A stretch of 55,781 nucleotides of DNA, counting the filler, from an uncultured bacterium (GTDB taxonomy: Bacteria > DYJV01), in assembly GCA_964543655.1 (NCBI GenBank). It is 6 parts of 5 records of this genome, joined end to end, with 100 filler letters (N's around TTAATTAATTAA, not from the genome) between each part and the next. Parts side by side here need not be neighbours in the genome. Positions count along the whole stretch, not along the records: positions 39,008 to 42,912 come from CAZIZE010000099.1; positions 43,013 to 50,252 come from CAZIZE010000099.1; 4 more parts are not named here. The stretch is one strand, 5' to 3'. This document shows, piece after piece, positions 39,280 to 49,147 of the stretch. The position numbers were made by a program, and so were the translations under genes. Below the pieces are notes generated by a model. That model ran no database searches. It saw only the letters and a program-made list of their open reading frames with translations, and was not told the DNA's origin. The first letter of the stretch is position 1; each line of letters opens with the position of its first letter.

Positions 39280-40951
39280 TTGGCACCTCTATTATAAATT
39301 CTGTTCCTTTGTTTTTTTTGCTGTTAACAGTTAATCTGCCGTTCATCAATTTAACTCTTTCTTCAATAATTGACAATCCTGAACCTGAATAAGCTGAATT
39401 TTTTATGCTATAATTAAAACCCTTACCATTATCTGAAATTTTCATTACATACCAGAATTCTGTTTCATATAAAAATATATTAACCTCACTTGCTTTTGAA
39501 TGTTTTAAAATATTATTCAAACACTCCTGAAATATTCTGAATAAATTCTCCTCAACTATGCTTTTAGGTCTTTTTTTAAGGTTAACATATAAATTAATCT
39601 TTATTCCAGTAGCCTTATTTATCTTTTCAGAAAAGTATTTCAATGTAGGACCTATTCCAAGTCTATCAAGGATATATGGTCTAAGCCCCACAGAGATATT
39701 TCTTATATTTTCTATGCAATTCTCAAGGTCATTAATAGAATTTTCAATTTTTGATGATTTAATATCTTCATTTATATTTTGCAGGTTAAACTTAATGCTC
39801 AATAGAGATTGTCCAAGGCTGTCATGAAGCTCAGAAGCTATCTTTCTCCTCTCCTGTTCCTGAGTAATAAGTATTTTTGATGCAAGATTTTCCTTTTCAT
39901 TTAAAGCTTTTAAAAATTTCAAAATTGTTAAATACATTAAAGTTGATACAAAAAAGATTATTCCATAATCATGGGGATACAGTGGTAAAAAAATGTATTC
40001 ATTAAAAATATTATAAATTGCAGTTGTATTACCAAAAATTAAAAGTATAAAAAATGATAAAAAACCAACTGCAAAAGAGATAACATATGGCAGTTTTTTT
40101 CTATAAATACTGAAAATTAATATGATGTATGTTGCAAAATAAATGAAAAGCATTATAACATACACATTCATAAATTCTTTGCAATTTTTTAAGTTTAAAA
40201 AAAATAACACACATAAAAAATAGCTAACCGAGATAAAGGTATATAATTTTAACAACCTGAATGATATCTTATAAAAGTCTATGAGAAAAATTAAACATAA
40301 CCATGGCAGCAATGAGAAAATTCCAAAACTTATTTTTTGGATAAAAGGAGTTTTTAATCCAGATGAATAAAAAAATGTGCTTTCAATTATTACAACGGAT
40401 AAATAGGCAAAAATTATCAATAGAAATAGTAAAAAACTTTTTTCACCGGTTTTAAAGTAAATAAGAAGATTTATCAAAAATGTTATAATTAAAAATGTTA
40501 TGATTATCCATTCGCCTATTTTATGTATTTCAATAGATTTTTCCATTTTGAATTTTAATTTCCAGTAATTATCTATTTCAAAAGGTCTGCCAGTTGAAAA
40601 TGTTTTGTAAAAAATATTCAAATATTTAATCTCAATTACGTTACTTCTATTAAATTTGAGATATTCTTTTGGAATTCTGTATAAACTCAATAATTGAGGT
40701 TTTACAACAAAATGATTAGCAATTACTCCATCTTTTCCTATTAGTTTTCCATTAAAATACACTTCATTAGCATCATTGGAAGTATTAATTAAAATTCCAA
40801 CATTATTTTCTCTTTTTAATTTTTCAGCAGGGATGAAATTTATAAATATTTTTTTTATTTGATAAGATTTCGGAAAACTAAAAGTAGGTATGCTAAAAAT
40901 AAAAAAAATGACTATTAGTTTATTCACCTTTTGATTTCTCCGGAAAATCAA
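39272..40951 (-). CDS. Sensor histidine kinase (HisKA_3) with an extracytoplasmic beta-domain and about 7 TM helices
   Basis: Motifs QEQERRKIASELHDSLGQ, FQECLNNILKHS, DNGKGF and GSGL. Confidence 0.92.
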   Translation of the reverse strand: MIFRRNQKVNKLIVIFFIFSIPTFSFPKSYQIKKIFINFIPAEKLKRENNVGILINTSNDANEVYFNGKLIGKDGVIANHFVVKPQLLSLYRIPKEYLKFNRSNVIEIKYLNIFYKTFSTGRPFEIDNYWKLKFKMEKSIEIHKIGEWIIITFLIITFLINLLIYFKTGEKSFLLFLLIIFAYLSVVIIESTFFYSSGLKTPFIQKISFGIFSLLPWLCLIFLIDFYKISFRLLKLYTFISVSYFLCVLFFLNLKNCKEFMNVYVIMLFIYFATYIILIFSIYRKKLPYVISFAVGFLSFFILLIFGNTTAIYNIFNEYIFLPLYPHDYGIIFFVSTLMYLTILKFLKALNEKENLASKILITQEQERRKIASELHDSLGQSLLSIKFNLQNINEDIKSSKIENSINDLENCIENIRNISVGLRPYILDRLGIGPTLKYFSEKINKATGIKINLYVNLKKRPKSIVEENLFRIFQECLNNILKHSKASEVNIFLYETEFWYVMKISDNGKGFNYSIKNSAYSGSGLSIIEERVKLMNGRLTVNSKKNKGTEFIIEVPND

Positions 40952-41062
40952 TCAAGGTAAAATATATATACTTATATTACTATATTACACATCGAAAATC
41001 AATAATTATTAAATTTCAATATTTTAAGGTTTTTTCAATAGACTATTACCCCAAGTCCTGCT

Positions 41063-41122
41063 TATACAAAATCAACTTGAATTAAAAGATTTTTCGGAAA
41101 AGAATCCTCAAAATGGCTTTTT
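41063..41122 (+). mobile_element. MITE-like element copy C (left half only)
   Basis: TATACAAAATCAAC...AAAAGATTTTTCGGAAAAGAATCCTCAAAATGGC. Confidence 0.65.
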
Positions 41123-41446
41123 GGATTAATCTAAGAAAATTTTAGCAACAGAAGAATTCATATTTTTTAATATTAATTAAGATTTTAGCATAGCATTAAA
41201 TTCTGTTCACAGGTTTTCAGGTAGCTATAAATACCAAAAGAACACGTTATAACATTAATAGGAATATTGTAAAACATTGTTTTGGATGATGGTGAGTTTT
41301 GATTGGTTAGAGGTTTTTTTTAGGAGAGATTCAAATTTAAACCAGTTATTTCTTGCCTCTATTTAGTGAAAACAAGGTATAACAATTTTTATACAGAGGT
41401 AATTTAAAAAAATAGAATATTTTTTGAAAAAAAGTTATAAATTTAC

Positions 41447-41506
41447 TTGACTTTTTTTGAAAACCAAAGTAAAGGTAAAAAAGTGGTAGAAAGTGGCAAA
41501 AAGTGT
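41447..41506 (+). promoter_or_regulatory. mraZ promoter region with MraZ-binding direct repeats
   Basis: TTGACT at 41447, then AAGTGG/AAGTGG/AAGTGT at 10-nt periodicity (41481, 41491, 41501). Confidence 0.8.
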
Positions 41507-41519
41507 CTAAAGAGGGTAG

Positions 41520-41960
41520 ATGTTTACAGGACATTTCTTAAACACATTAGATGGTAAAGGAAGAGTCAGTGTCCCTTCACAGTTCAGGCAAGTACTGTCA
41601 AGTAAAAATTTTAACTCCATTATTCTTACAAATTATTTTGATGGATGCTTGTATGCTTTTACTCCAGCAAGTTGGAATGATATTTTAGAAAAAATTTCCA
41701 GCCTGCCACAAAGTCAAAAAGAGGTAAAAGCATACCAGAGATTTGTTGTATCTTCTGCTGTTGAGTGTAATCTTGATAAATTTGGTAGAATTTTAATTCC
41801 ACAAAATCATAGAGAATTTGCTCAGATTAACAAGGATGTTTTATTTGCAGGGGTTGGTTCCAGATTTGAAATATGGAGCAAAGAATTATGGGATAAAGAG
41901 CTTGCAAAAGCTAAAGAAGTGCTTCAAAATAGTGAAGTGCTTGCAGAGTTGGGGTTGTAA
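41520..41960 (+). CDS. mraZ: Division/cell-wall cluster regulator MraZ
   Basis: Two DxxGR motifs (LDGKGRV, LDKFGRI) and FEIWS. Confidence 0.96.
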   Translation: MFTGHFLNTLDGKGRVSVPSQFRQVLSSKNFNSIILTNYFDGCLYAFTPASWNDILEKISSLPQSQKEVKAYQRFVVSSAVECNLDKFGRILIPQNHREFAQINKDVLFAGVGSRFEIWSKELWDKELAKAKEVLQNSEVLAELGL

Positions 41961-42885
41961 TTGGAGCACAAGCCTGTTCTTTTAAAAGAAGTTTTAAATT
42001 TTTTTGATTATTTACAAGATACTTCAGGTGTTGTTGCGGATTTTACAATTGGTGGTGGTGGGCATTCTTATGCTATTTTAAGATGCTTTCCAAAAATAAA
42101 AGTAGTGGGTTTTGATAAAGACGATTTTGCTATTAATATTGCAAATGAAAAATTGAAGCAATTTAAAAATAGGGTGGAACTTTTTAATATGGATTTTGCT
42201 AATTTCAATAAAGTAATTGATTTTAAACTTAATGGAGCTATTGTTGACCTTGGAATTAGTAGTTTTCATATTGATGATTTGGAGAGAGGTTTTTCATTTG
42301 AAAGTGATTCAATGTTAGACATGAGAATGGATAGAAATAACAAACTTACAGCTTATAAGATTATTAATGAATATGGAGAAAAGGAGTTAAGTGATATTTT
42401 TTATAAATTTGGAGAGATTAGGAATAATAAAAAAGTTGTTTCTGCAATTATTAAATACAGGAAAAGTAAAAAAATATTCTCATGTAAAGAACTATCGGAA
42501 ATTATTGCAAATAATTATTTTACAAGAAATAGAAAAGTTCACCCTGCAACTAAATTCTTTCAAGCTCTCAGAATTTACATAAATAGAGAGCTTGATTCAT
42601 TATCAGAATTTTTGTCAAAAATTTTTGATTACCTAAAAATTGGTGCGAGGTTGCAGATAATTTCTTTTCATTCTCTTGAAGATAGGATTGTTAAAAAAAA
42701 AATTTAAATATGAAGCATTAAGCTGTGTTTGCCCTCAGGACCTTATGTTTTGCAATTGCAACAAAGTTGCAAGAATAAAAATTTTAACAAAAAAACCTGT
42801 TATTCCTGGCAAAGACGAAATTTTAGAAAATCGTAGAAGCAGAAGTGCAAAACTAAGAGTTGCAGAGGTAATTAATGAGGTTTAA
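41961..42885 (+). CDS. rsmH: 16S rRNA m4C1402 methyltransferase RsmH, split by a frameshift (one extra A) in an A10 run at 42693-42702
   Basis: Motifs HKPVLL, DLGISS, LDMRMD, FQALRI and SFHSLEDRIVK. Removing one A joins it to the C-terminal N..SRSAKLR. Confidence 0.9.
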
Positions 42886-42912
42886 ATATTACATAGATGT
42901 TGCAATTTTATT
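42875..42912 (+). CDS. Start of the next dcw gene (possibly ftsL), truncated
   Basis: ATG overlapping the end of rsmH, MRFKYYIDVAIL. Call rests on position only. Confidence 0.35.
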
Positions 42913-43012
42913 NNNNNNNNNNNNNNNNNNNNNNNNNNNNNNNNNNNNNNNNNNNNTTAATTAATTAANNNNNNNNNNNNNNNNNNNNNNNNNNNNNNNN
43001 NNNNNNNNNNNN
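42913..43012. other. Artificial contig linker
   Basis: N-TTAATTAATTAA-N. Confidence 0.98.
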
Positions 43013-43106
43013 TTGCATGTAAAAAAGTCCATGGCATAACATAATTATTCTTCAGCAGGTCTTTATAAAAAGGTTGATGCATATGCCATAAAAAAGAGAT
43101 ATACAT
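43013..43106 (-). CDS. Glycoside hydrolase family 57 protein, N-terminus (truncated)
   Basis: Not in the ORF track. [16 protein letters not shown]...VMPWTFLHA contains the GH57 HxHQP motif, and AGGTGG lies upstream. Confidence 0.85.
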
Positions 43107-43348
43107 TTAACCACCTATTTTAATATATTTCAATGTAAAATCTAAACTTTTTCAAAATGGATAAGTTGCTAAAATATTGAAAATAAATACCTATATAATT
43201 TGTTTTTAAAAATAAATCAATCAATTTTTTGAAATTATTTCAAACTGTTATTATTGAAAAGAGATTTTTGACTAAACCACTTAAAATAGCAGATTTTTAA
43301 TGAGAAACCCTATAGTTTTTTATTTCAAGAACAGCTCCATCTCTTTCT

Positions 43349-43467
43349 CATATAAAGCCAACATAGAATAGGATTTTTTGGACCAAAGCTCCCAAGATGT
43401 TTGCTTTTATGGTAAATAAAACATTCGTAAAAAAATGGTTGTTGGATTTTACATTTGGTTTTGTATA
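43349..43467 (+). mobile_element. MITE-like element copy D
   Basis: CATATAAAGCCAAC...GCTTTTATGGTAAATA...GTTGGATTTTACATTTGGTTTTGTATA. Confidence 0.75.
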
Positions 43468-43577
43468 AAAGGCGAAAAATAGTTGGTCTGGCGGTTTTTC
43501 ACCTTTGTTTTCTTTTATAAAAGAGTAGGGATTTTTATAACTATTAAAGATTGTTGATAAAAATTTTTTTTAAATTT

Positions 43578-43593
43578 TGGCTTAAGAATTGCA
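43578..43593 (+). promoter_or_regulatory. Sigma-54 promoter of the ABC transporter operon
   Basis: TGGCTTAAGAATTGCA (GG-N10-GC), 44 nt upstream of the ATG. Confidence 0.7.
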
Positions 43594-43637
43594 GAATTAT
43601 ATCTGTCCCAAAAAATTTGTAATAGGAGGTTTAGGAA

Positions 43638-44837
43638 ATGAAAAAGAAACTCTTTTTGTTAATGTGTGGTGTATTTTTAATTTTCTCTTTTCCATTAATT
43701 GGAGCAGCGCAAAACGTAATTAAAATAGGTTGCGCAATATCTTTTACTGGTAAAAAAAGTAGAACTGGTAAACTCTATGTTGATTCATACAACATGGCAG
43801 TTGAGCAGATCAACAAAAATGGCGGAGTTAAGGTAAATGGCAAATCTTACAAGTTGAAAATCATTTATTATGATGACAAAAGTGAAGCTACAGAAAGTTC
43901 AAAATTAGTTGAAAAACTCATTACTGAAAAAAAAGTTAATTTCCTTCTTGGCCCATACAGTAGTGGTATCACTATCCCTGACAGTATTGTTGCACAGAGA
44001 TATAGAACACCAATGATAGAAGCTGGTGGCGCATCTGGTAAAATATTTGCAAGACATAATAAATACATTTTTGGTTTACTTCCATCAGCGGGAGAATATT
44101 TTAAATCAACTCTTGAATATTTGGGTACTGTTTCTCCAAAGCCAAGTAAAATTGCTATAATTTATGCAGATGACAAATTTGATAAAAGTGTTGCATCAGG
44201 CACATTAAAATTAAGCAAAAAAGCCGGTTTTTCAGTTGTTCTTTATGAAAAATATGCAGAAGGCCAGACAGATTTCAGTACACTTCTTACAAAAATCAAA
44301 AGCAAAAATCCAGATGTTGTGCTTGTTGCAGGCCATACAGAAGAAGGTTTAAACTTTGTTCAACAGGCAAAAGAATTAAATGTATCTCCTAAAATGATAA
44401 GTTTAACAGTTGGACCATCTGAAGCTGATTTTAGAAAAGCTCTTGGAAAAGACGCAAATTATTTATATGGTGTTGCTTCATGGTCTCATCAGATGAATTT
44501 CCCAGGTTATCTTATGAAAAATACAGCTGAATTTGTTAAAGCTTTTGAAGCAAAGTATAACTATGTACCTGATTATCACAATGCAGCAGGTTTTGCAGCA
44601 CTTGCAGTATTAAAAAATGCAATTGAAAAAGCTGGTACCCTTAATAAAGAAAAAGTTAGAGAGCAAATTGCAAAAACAAACCTTGATACAATTTATGGCC
44701 ATATAGTTTTTAATCCAAATGGACAGATAAGAGGTACAAGTGTTGTATTGCAAATTTTGGATGGTAAAGTTTACGAAGTTTATCCACATCAACATAAAAA
44801 ACCTGTTTACCCAATGCCTTCATGGAAAAATAGGTAA
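43638..44837 (+). CDS. LivJ/LivK-family ABC substrate-binding protein
   Basis: Signal peptide, then IKIGCAISFTG, AVEQINKNGG and FLLGPYSSG. Confidence 0.92.
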   Translation: MKKKLFLLMCGVFLIFSFPLIGAAQNVIKIGCAISFTGKKSRTGKLYVDSYNMAVEQINKNGGVKVNGKSYKLKIIYYDDKSEATESSKLVEKLITEKKVNFLLGPYSSGITIPDSIVAQRYRTPMIEAGGASGKIFARHNKYIFGLLPSAGEYFKSTLEYLGTVSPKPSKIAIIYADDKFDKSVASGTLKLSKKAGFSVVLYEKYAEGQTDFSTLLTKIKSKNPDVVLVAGHTEEGLNFVQQAKELNVSPKMISLTVGPSEADFRKALGKDANYLYGVASWSHQMNFPGYLMKNTAEFVKAFEAKYNYVPDYHNAAGFAALAVLKNAIEKAGTLNKEKVREQIAKTNLDTIYGHIVFNPNGQIRGTSVVLQILDGKVYEVYPHQHKKPVYPMPSWKNR

Positions 44838-44842
44838 AATTT

Positions 44843-44872
44843 ATAAAGTAGCAGGGTATCCTGCTACTTTAT
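44843..44872 (+). terminator. Stem-loop after the binding-protein gene (partial terminator or mRNA stabiliser)
   Basis: ATAAAGTAGCAGG-GTAT-CCTGCTACTTTAT. Confidence 0.75.
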
Positions 44873-44915
44873 TACTCTCAATTTAATTTTAGAGAAAAAT
44901 AGAAGAGAGGATAAA

Positions 44916-45773
44916 ATGTTTCTACAAATTCTTATAAATGGTATTCTTAAAGGTGGTCTATATGCTTTAATGGCTCTTGGAATGTCTCTTATTTGGGGGG
45001 TAATGGATATTATTAATATTGCACATGGTGCTTTTATTATGTTAGGTGCTTATACAACTTACTGGATGTTCACTCTATTAGGAATAGACCCTTTTGTTAG
45101 TTTGATTATATCTATGGGTATAATGTTTTTGTTAGGCTACATTATACAGAAAAATATCATTAATTTAGTTATTAAAGCTGAGATTTTCATTACTTTAATC
45201 TTAACCTTTGGTATAGAGATATTTATCAATAATGCTGCTATGATAGCATGGACATCAGATGTTAGAAAAGTAAAAGTAGCATATGCAGCAGCAAATTTTC
45301 AATTTTTAGGTGCAACAATTCCTTATGTTAGACTTGCAGCATTTTTTCTCGCAATTATTATTAGTATAATTCTTTTTATTGTTTTAAATAAAACCCGTCT
45401 TGGCAGGGCAATAAGAGCCACTTCTCAAGATATTGATGCAGCAAGACTTGCAGGAGTTAAAGTATCTAAAATTTACGCAATAACTTTTGGAATGGGTACT
45501 GCTCTTGCAGCAGCAGCAGGAACTCTATGGGCAATACTATTTCCAATTAGCCCATCAATGGGGGGACATCTTACACTAAAATCATTTGTTGTTACAATTG
45601 TTGGTGGATTAGGCACAATGATGGGACCAATTGTAGGAGGACTTGCTCTTGGGGTTATTGAATCAATTGGGACAGACTGGTTTGGGACCACTTATGAAAG
45701 TCTCATTAGTTTCACAATACTTGTATTAGTTCTAATTTTTATGCCAAAAGGTATATTAGGAGGTAAAAATTAA
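44916..45773 (+). CDS. livH: Liv-type ABC permease
   Basis: Motifs GVMDIINIAHG, TRLGRAIRATSQD and VGGLG. Confidence 0.92.
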   Translation: MFLQILINGILKGGLYALMALGMSLIWGVMDIINIAHGAFIMLGAYTTYWMFTLLGIDPFVSLIISMGIMFLLGYIIQKNIINLVIKAEIFITLILTFGIEIFINNAAMIAWTSDVRKVKVAYAAANFQFLGATIPYVRLAAFFLAIIISIILFIVLNKTRLGRAIRATSQDIDAARLAGVKVSKIYAITFGMGTALAAAAGTLWAILFPISPSMGGHLTLKSFVVTIVGGLGTMMGPIVGGLALGVIESIGTDWFGTTYESLISFTILVLVLIFMPKGILGGKN

Positions 45774-45776
45774 ACT

Positions 45777-46736
45777 ATGAAAAAAAATATAATTATATTG
45801 GGGATTTTATTTTTAATATCACTGTTTTTACCTTTTACTATGAATAATTTTATCTTAAGATTTGCTACAGATATTTTGATTTTCTCAATAATGGCAAGTG
45901 CGTGGAATATTATTGGTGGATACACAGGGTATGCTTCTTTTGGTAATGTTGTTTTTTTTGGAATTGGTGCCTATATAACAGCTCTATTAATGAATCTGTT
46001 AAATATGAATTTCTTTCTTGCTCTTCTGTTAAGTGGTATTGGTGGTAGTATTTTCGGTTTTTTAATAGGTCTTCCTATACTTAGATTAACTGGACACTAC
46101 TTTGCAATAGCAACACTTGGAGTTGCTGAGGCAATTAAAGCTCTTGTGCAAAATTTGGATATTACAGAAGGTAATTCAGGTATGTATTTACCAATGATTA
46201 ATTTAAGCGTTGATGCAAGCTATAAATTTTTCTATTTTATTGCGCTATTTGTTTTGATAATATTGCTTATAGTTACTTTTTTAATATTAAAGAGCAAATT
46301 AGGATATGGCTTTATTGCAATTAGGGAAGATGAAGATGCAGCGAATTCTCTTGGTATTAACACTACTCTGTTTAAATGCACTTCATTTGCTATTTCTGGT
46401 TTTTTCACAAGTCTTGCTGGTAGCATCTATGCATATCAGCAGGGATTCATTAAGCCGGAGCCTGTTTTCAACGTTTTAATTACTGTTAAAATGATTGTTA
46501 TGGCAGTATTTGGAGGTATTGGAAGTTTATTTGGCCCATTAATTGGTGCTGCGTCTATTGAGATAATTTCAGAATTTTTATCAAACTATTTTCTTGTTGC
46601 ACATACCCTTTTCTTTGGAACAATAGTAATTGTTGCAATTTTATTTTTTCCAAAAGGTATTGCAGATATATTTAGCTTCAGGAAAAAGATTGGAATTGCT
46701 TACTTTTTAGAAAATATTAGACAACACAGAATTTAA
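45777..46736 (+). CDS. livM: Liv-type ABC permease
   Basis: Motifs GYTGYASFG, LRLTGHYFAIATL and AIREDEDAA. Confidence 0.92.
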   Translation: MKKNIIILGILFLISLFLPFTMNNFILRFATDILIFSIMASAWNIIGGYTGYASFGNVVFFGIGAYITALLMNLLNMNFFLALLLSGIGGSIFGFLIGLPILRLTGHYFAIATLGVAEAIKALVQNLDITEGNSGMYLPMINLSVDASYKFFYFIALFVLIILLIVTFLILKSKLGYGFIAIREDEDAANSLGINTTLFKCTSFAISGFFTSLAGSIYAYQQGFIKPEPVFNVLITVKMIVMAVFGGIGSLFGPLIGAASIEIISEFLSNYFLVAHTLFFGTIVIVAILFFPKGIADIFSFRKKIGIAYFLENIRQHRI

Positions 46737-46754
46737 CCGTGGAGGTTACAAATA

Positions 46755-47513
46755 ATGAGTCAATTAGGTGAAGTAATTTTAAAAGGTGAAAAATTAACCA
46801 AGGAATTTGGTGGACTCAGGGCTAATAGTGAAGTTGATTTTGAACTTCACAAAGGTGAAATTTTAGGGTTAATAGGACCAAATGGAGCAGGAAAAACAAC
46901 TCTTGTTAATATGATAAGTGGCAATATCTCAATTACAAGAGGTGATGTATTTTATAAAGGAAAATCTATAAAAGGCCTTAAACCTTTTCAAATTGGTAGA
47001 ATGGGAATTGCAAGAACATATCAGATAGTTAAGCCATTTCCTGGAATGACTGTTCTTGAAAATGTTTCAGTGGGAGCTATGTTTGGGGCTAAGGGGAAAG
47101 AGAGAAACACCAAAGAATCCCTTGAAGTAGCAGAAGATGTTATTGAATTTGTTGGATTATCAAAGTATAAAAATGAAAAAGCTGATGTTTTAAATGTAGC
47201 ATCACGAAAAAGACTTGAAATAGCAAAAGCACTTGCAATGGGACCTGAAATTATATTTTTTGATGAAGTTATGGCAGGTCTCAATCCTGGGGAAATTGAC
47301 AGTGCTATTGAATTAATTTTAAAAATCAGAGATAATGGAATTACCCTACTTGTTATTGAACATGTTATGAAGGTTATCAAAGCAATTTGCGACAATATAT
47401 TTGTTTTACACCATGGAGAAAAAATTGCTGATGGAACTCCTGAAGAGGTACTTAATAACCCTACTGTTATTAAAGCATATCTTGGTAAACGATATAAAGA
47501 ATTAACAGCTTAA
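46755..47513 (+). CDS. livG: Liv-type ABC ATPase
   Basis: Motifs GPNGAGKTT, IEHVM and VIKAYLG. Confidence 0.92.
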   Translation: MSQLGEVILKGEKLTKEFGGLRANSEVDFELHKGEILGLIGPNGAGKTTLVNMISGNISITRGDVFYKGKSIKGLKPFQIGRMGIARTYQIVKPFPGMTVLENVSVGAMFGAKGKERNTKESLEVAEDVIEFVGLSKYKNEKADVLNVASRKRLEIAKALAMGPEIIFFDEVMAGLNPGEIDSAIELILKIRDNGITLLVIEHVMKVIKAICDNIFVLHHGEKIADGTPEEVLNNPTVIKAYLGKRYKELTA

Positions 47514-47525
47514 TGGAGGTTTTAA

Positions 47526-48233
47526 ATGCTTATTGAAGTAAAAAATCTTGATGTTAGTTATGGTGATGTACAAGTGTTATGGGATATTAATATACAAATT
47601 GAAAGAGGAATGGTTGTTTCACTTGTTGGCTCAAATGGTGCTGGAAAAACAACTTTTTTAAGGGCACTTTCAGGGCTTTTAAAATATAAAAATGGTGATA
47701 TTCTCTATGATGGTAAATCATTGAAAAATTTATCATCAGATGAAATTGTTGAACTTGGAATTATTCATGTACCTGAAGGTAGAAGATTGTTCCCGGATAT
47801 GACAGTTGAAGAAAATCTTTTAATGGGAGCATATTATAGAGGCAGTGATCCAGAAATAAAAAAAGATTTGGAATATATATATTCACTTTTTCCAAGACTA
47901 AAAGAGAGGAGAGTTCAAAGGGCTGGAAGTTTATCAGGTGGTGAGCAGCAGATGGTGGCAATAGGTAGAGGTCTTATGGGTAAGCCCACTGTTTTGCTTA
48001 TAGATGAAATGTCTCTTGGGCTGGCACCTTTAATTGTTGATGATTTAATTGATATTGTTTTGAAAATTAAAGAAGAGGGTACAACTGTTTTTTTAGTTGA
48101 GCAAGATGTTCAACTTGCACTTGAAAATTCTGACTATGGATATGTTCTTGATACAGGCAGGATTGCAATGGAAGGTAAATCCAAAGATTTATTAGCCAAT
48201 CCTGATATTAAGAAAGTTTATCTTGGATTATAA
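47526..48233 (+). CDS. livF: Liv-type ABC ATPase
   Basis: Motifs VPEGRRLF, LSGGEQQM and SLGLAP. Confidence 0.93.
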   Translation: MLIEVKNLDVSYGDVQVLWDINIQIERGMVVSLVGSNGAGKTTFLRALSGLLKYKNGDILYDGKSLKNLSSDEIVELGIIHVPEGRRLFPDMTVEENLLMGAYYRGSDPEIKKDLEYIYSLFPRLKERRVQRAGSLSGGEQQMVAIGRGLMGKPTVLLIDEMSLGLAPLIVDDLIDIVLKIKEEGTTVFLVEQDVQLALENSDYGYVLDTGRIAMEGKSKDLLANPDIKKVYLGL

Positions 48234-48304
48234 TTTTACTCTTGACAAATAATTAATCATATAGTAACAGAAAATATATAAAAAATTCTAAGAAAGAATT
48301 TTTT

Positions 48305-48350
48305 AAGCCACGAAGGTTATATGTTAATATAGTCTTCGTGGTTTTTTTTT
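48305..48350 (+). terminator. Strong intrinsic terminator between a TTGACA box and the DUF4198-cbiM genes
   Basis: AAGCCACGAAGGTTATAT-GTTA-ATATAGTCTTCGTGGTTT, with a T9 run at 48342-48350. Confidence 0.8.
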
Positions 48351-48397
48351 GCCCCGAAGACAAAAAATTAAATAAAATCAAAATAATGGAGGGAAGT

Positions 48398-49147
48398 ATG
48401 AAAAAATTTTTATTAGCTCTTATTATATTTACTTTTTCAATTGTAACATCAGCTTTTGCACACTTTCAAATGATTATACCATCGACAAATATTGTTACTC
48501 ACAAAACTGGGAATAAAATTAAATTGCATCTTGTTTTTACTCATCCATTTGAGGGCCACATGATGAATATGGAAAAGCCGGAACAATTTGGAGTTATGAT
48601 AGGTGGGAAAAAGAAAAGCCTTTTAAATACTTTAAAATTAAAAATGGTAAAAAATTTTAAAACATGGGAAACAACTTATAAATTTAGAAGACCTGGTGAT
48701 TACATTTTTTATGTGGCACCAAAGCCTTATTGGGAGCCAGCTGAGGATAAATACATTATTCATTATACCAAAGTTATTGTAGATGCTTATGGCCTTGAAC
48801 AAGGTTGGGATGATTTAGTAGGATTACCAGCGGAGATAAAGCCTCTTGTTAGACCTTATGGACTATGGACAGGTAACATATTTAGAGGTGTTGTTCTTTA
48901 CAAAGGTAAACCAGTTCCTTATGCTGATATTGAAGTTGAATATTACAACAAAGATGGTAAATTTAAAGCACCATCTGAGCCATATATTACACAGGTTATT
49001 AAAGCTGATAAAAATGGAGAGTTCTCTTATGCTATGCCCAAGCAAGGATGGTGGGGTTTTGCAGCATTAATGGAAGGTGACAAAATTAATGGTAAAGATG
49101 TAGAAATAGGTGGATTAATTTGGATTAAAGTAGAGGATATGAGATAA
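48398..49147 (+). CDS. DUF4198 (COG5266-like) periplasmic Ni/Co uptake protein
   Basis: Signal peptide ending AFA-HF, then [21 protein letters not shown] and GWWGFAAL. Confidence 0.85.
   Translation: MKKFLLALIIFTFSIVTSAFAHFQMIIPSTNIVTHKTGNKIKLHLVFTHPFEGHMMNMEKPEQFGVMIGGKKKSLLNTLKLKMVKNFKTWETTYKFRRPGDYIFYVAPKPYWEPAEDKYIIHYTKVIVDAYGLEQGWDDLVGLPAEIKPLVRPYGLWTGNIFRGVVLYKGKPVPYADIEVEYYNKDGKFKAPSEPYITQVIKADKNGEFSYAMPKQGWWGFAALMEGDKINGKDVEIGGLIWIKVEDMR

Noticed and set aside
41130-41400. Possible decayed gene remnant between the sensor kinase and mraZ
   Set aside because: It has short codon-like stretches broken by stops and no recognisable motif, so it cannot be supported.
48234-48397. Cobalamin riboswitch upstream of DUF4198-cbiM
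   Set aside because: No B12-box or GGGAA core is visible and the region is too short. It is kept only as a candidate attenuator.
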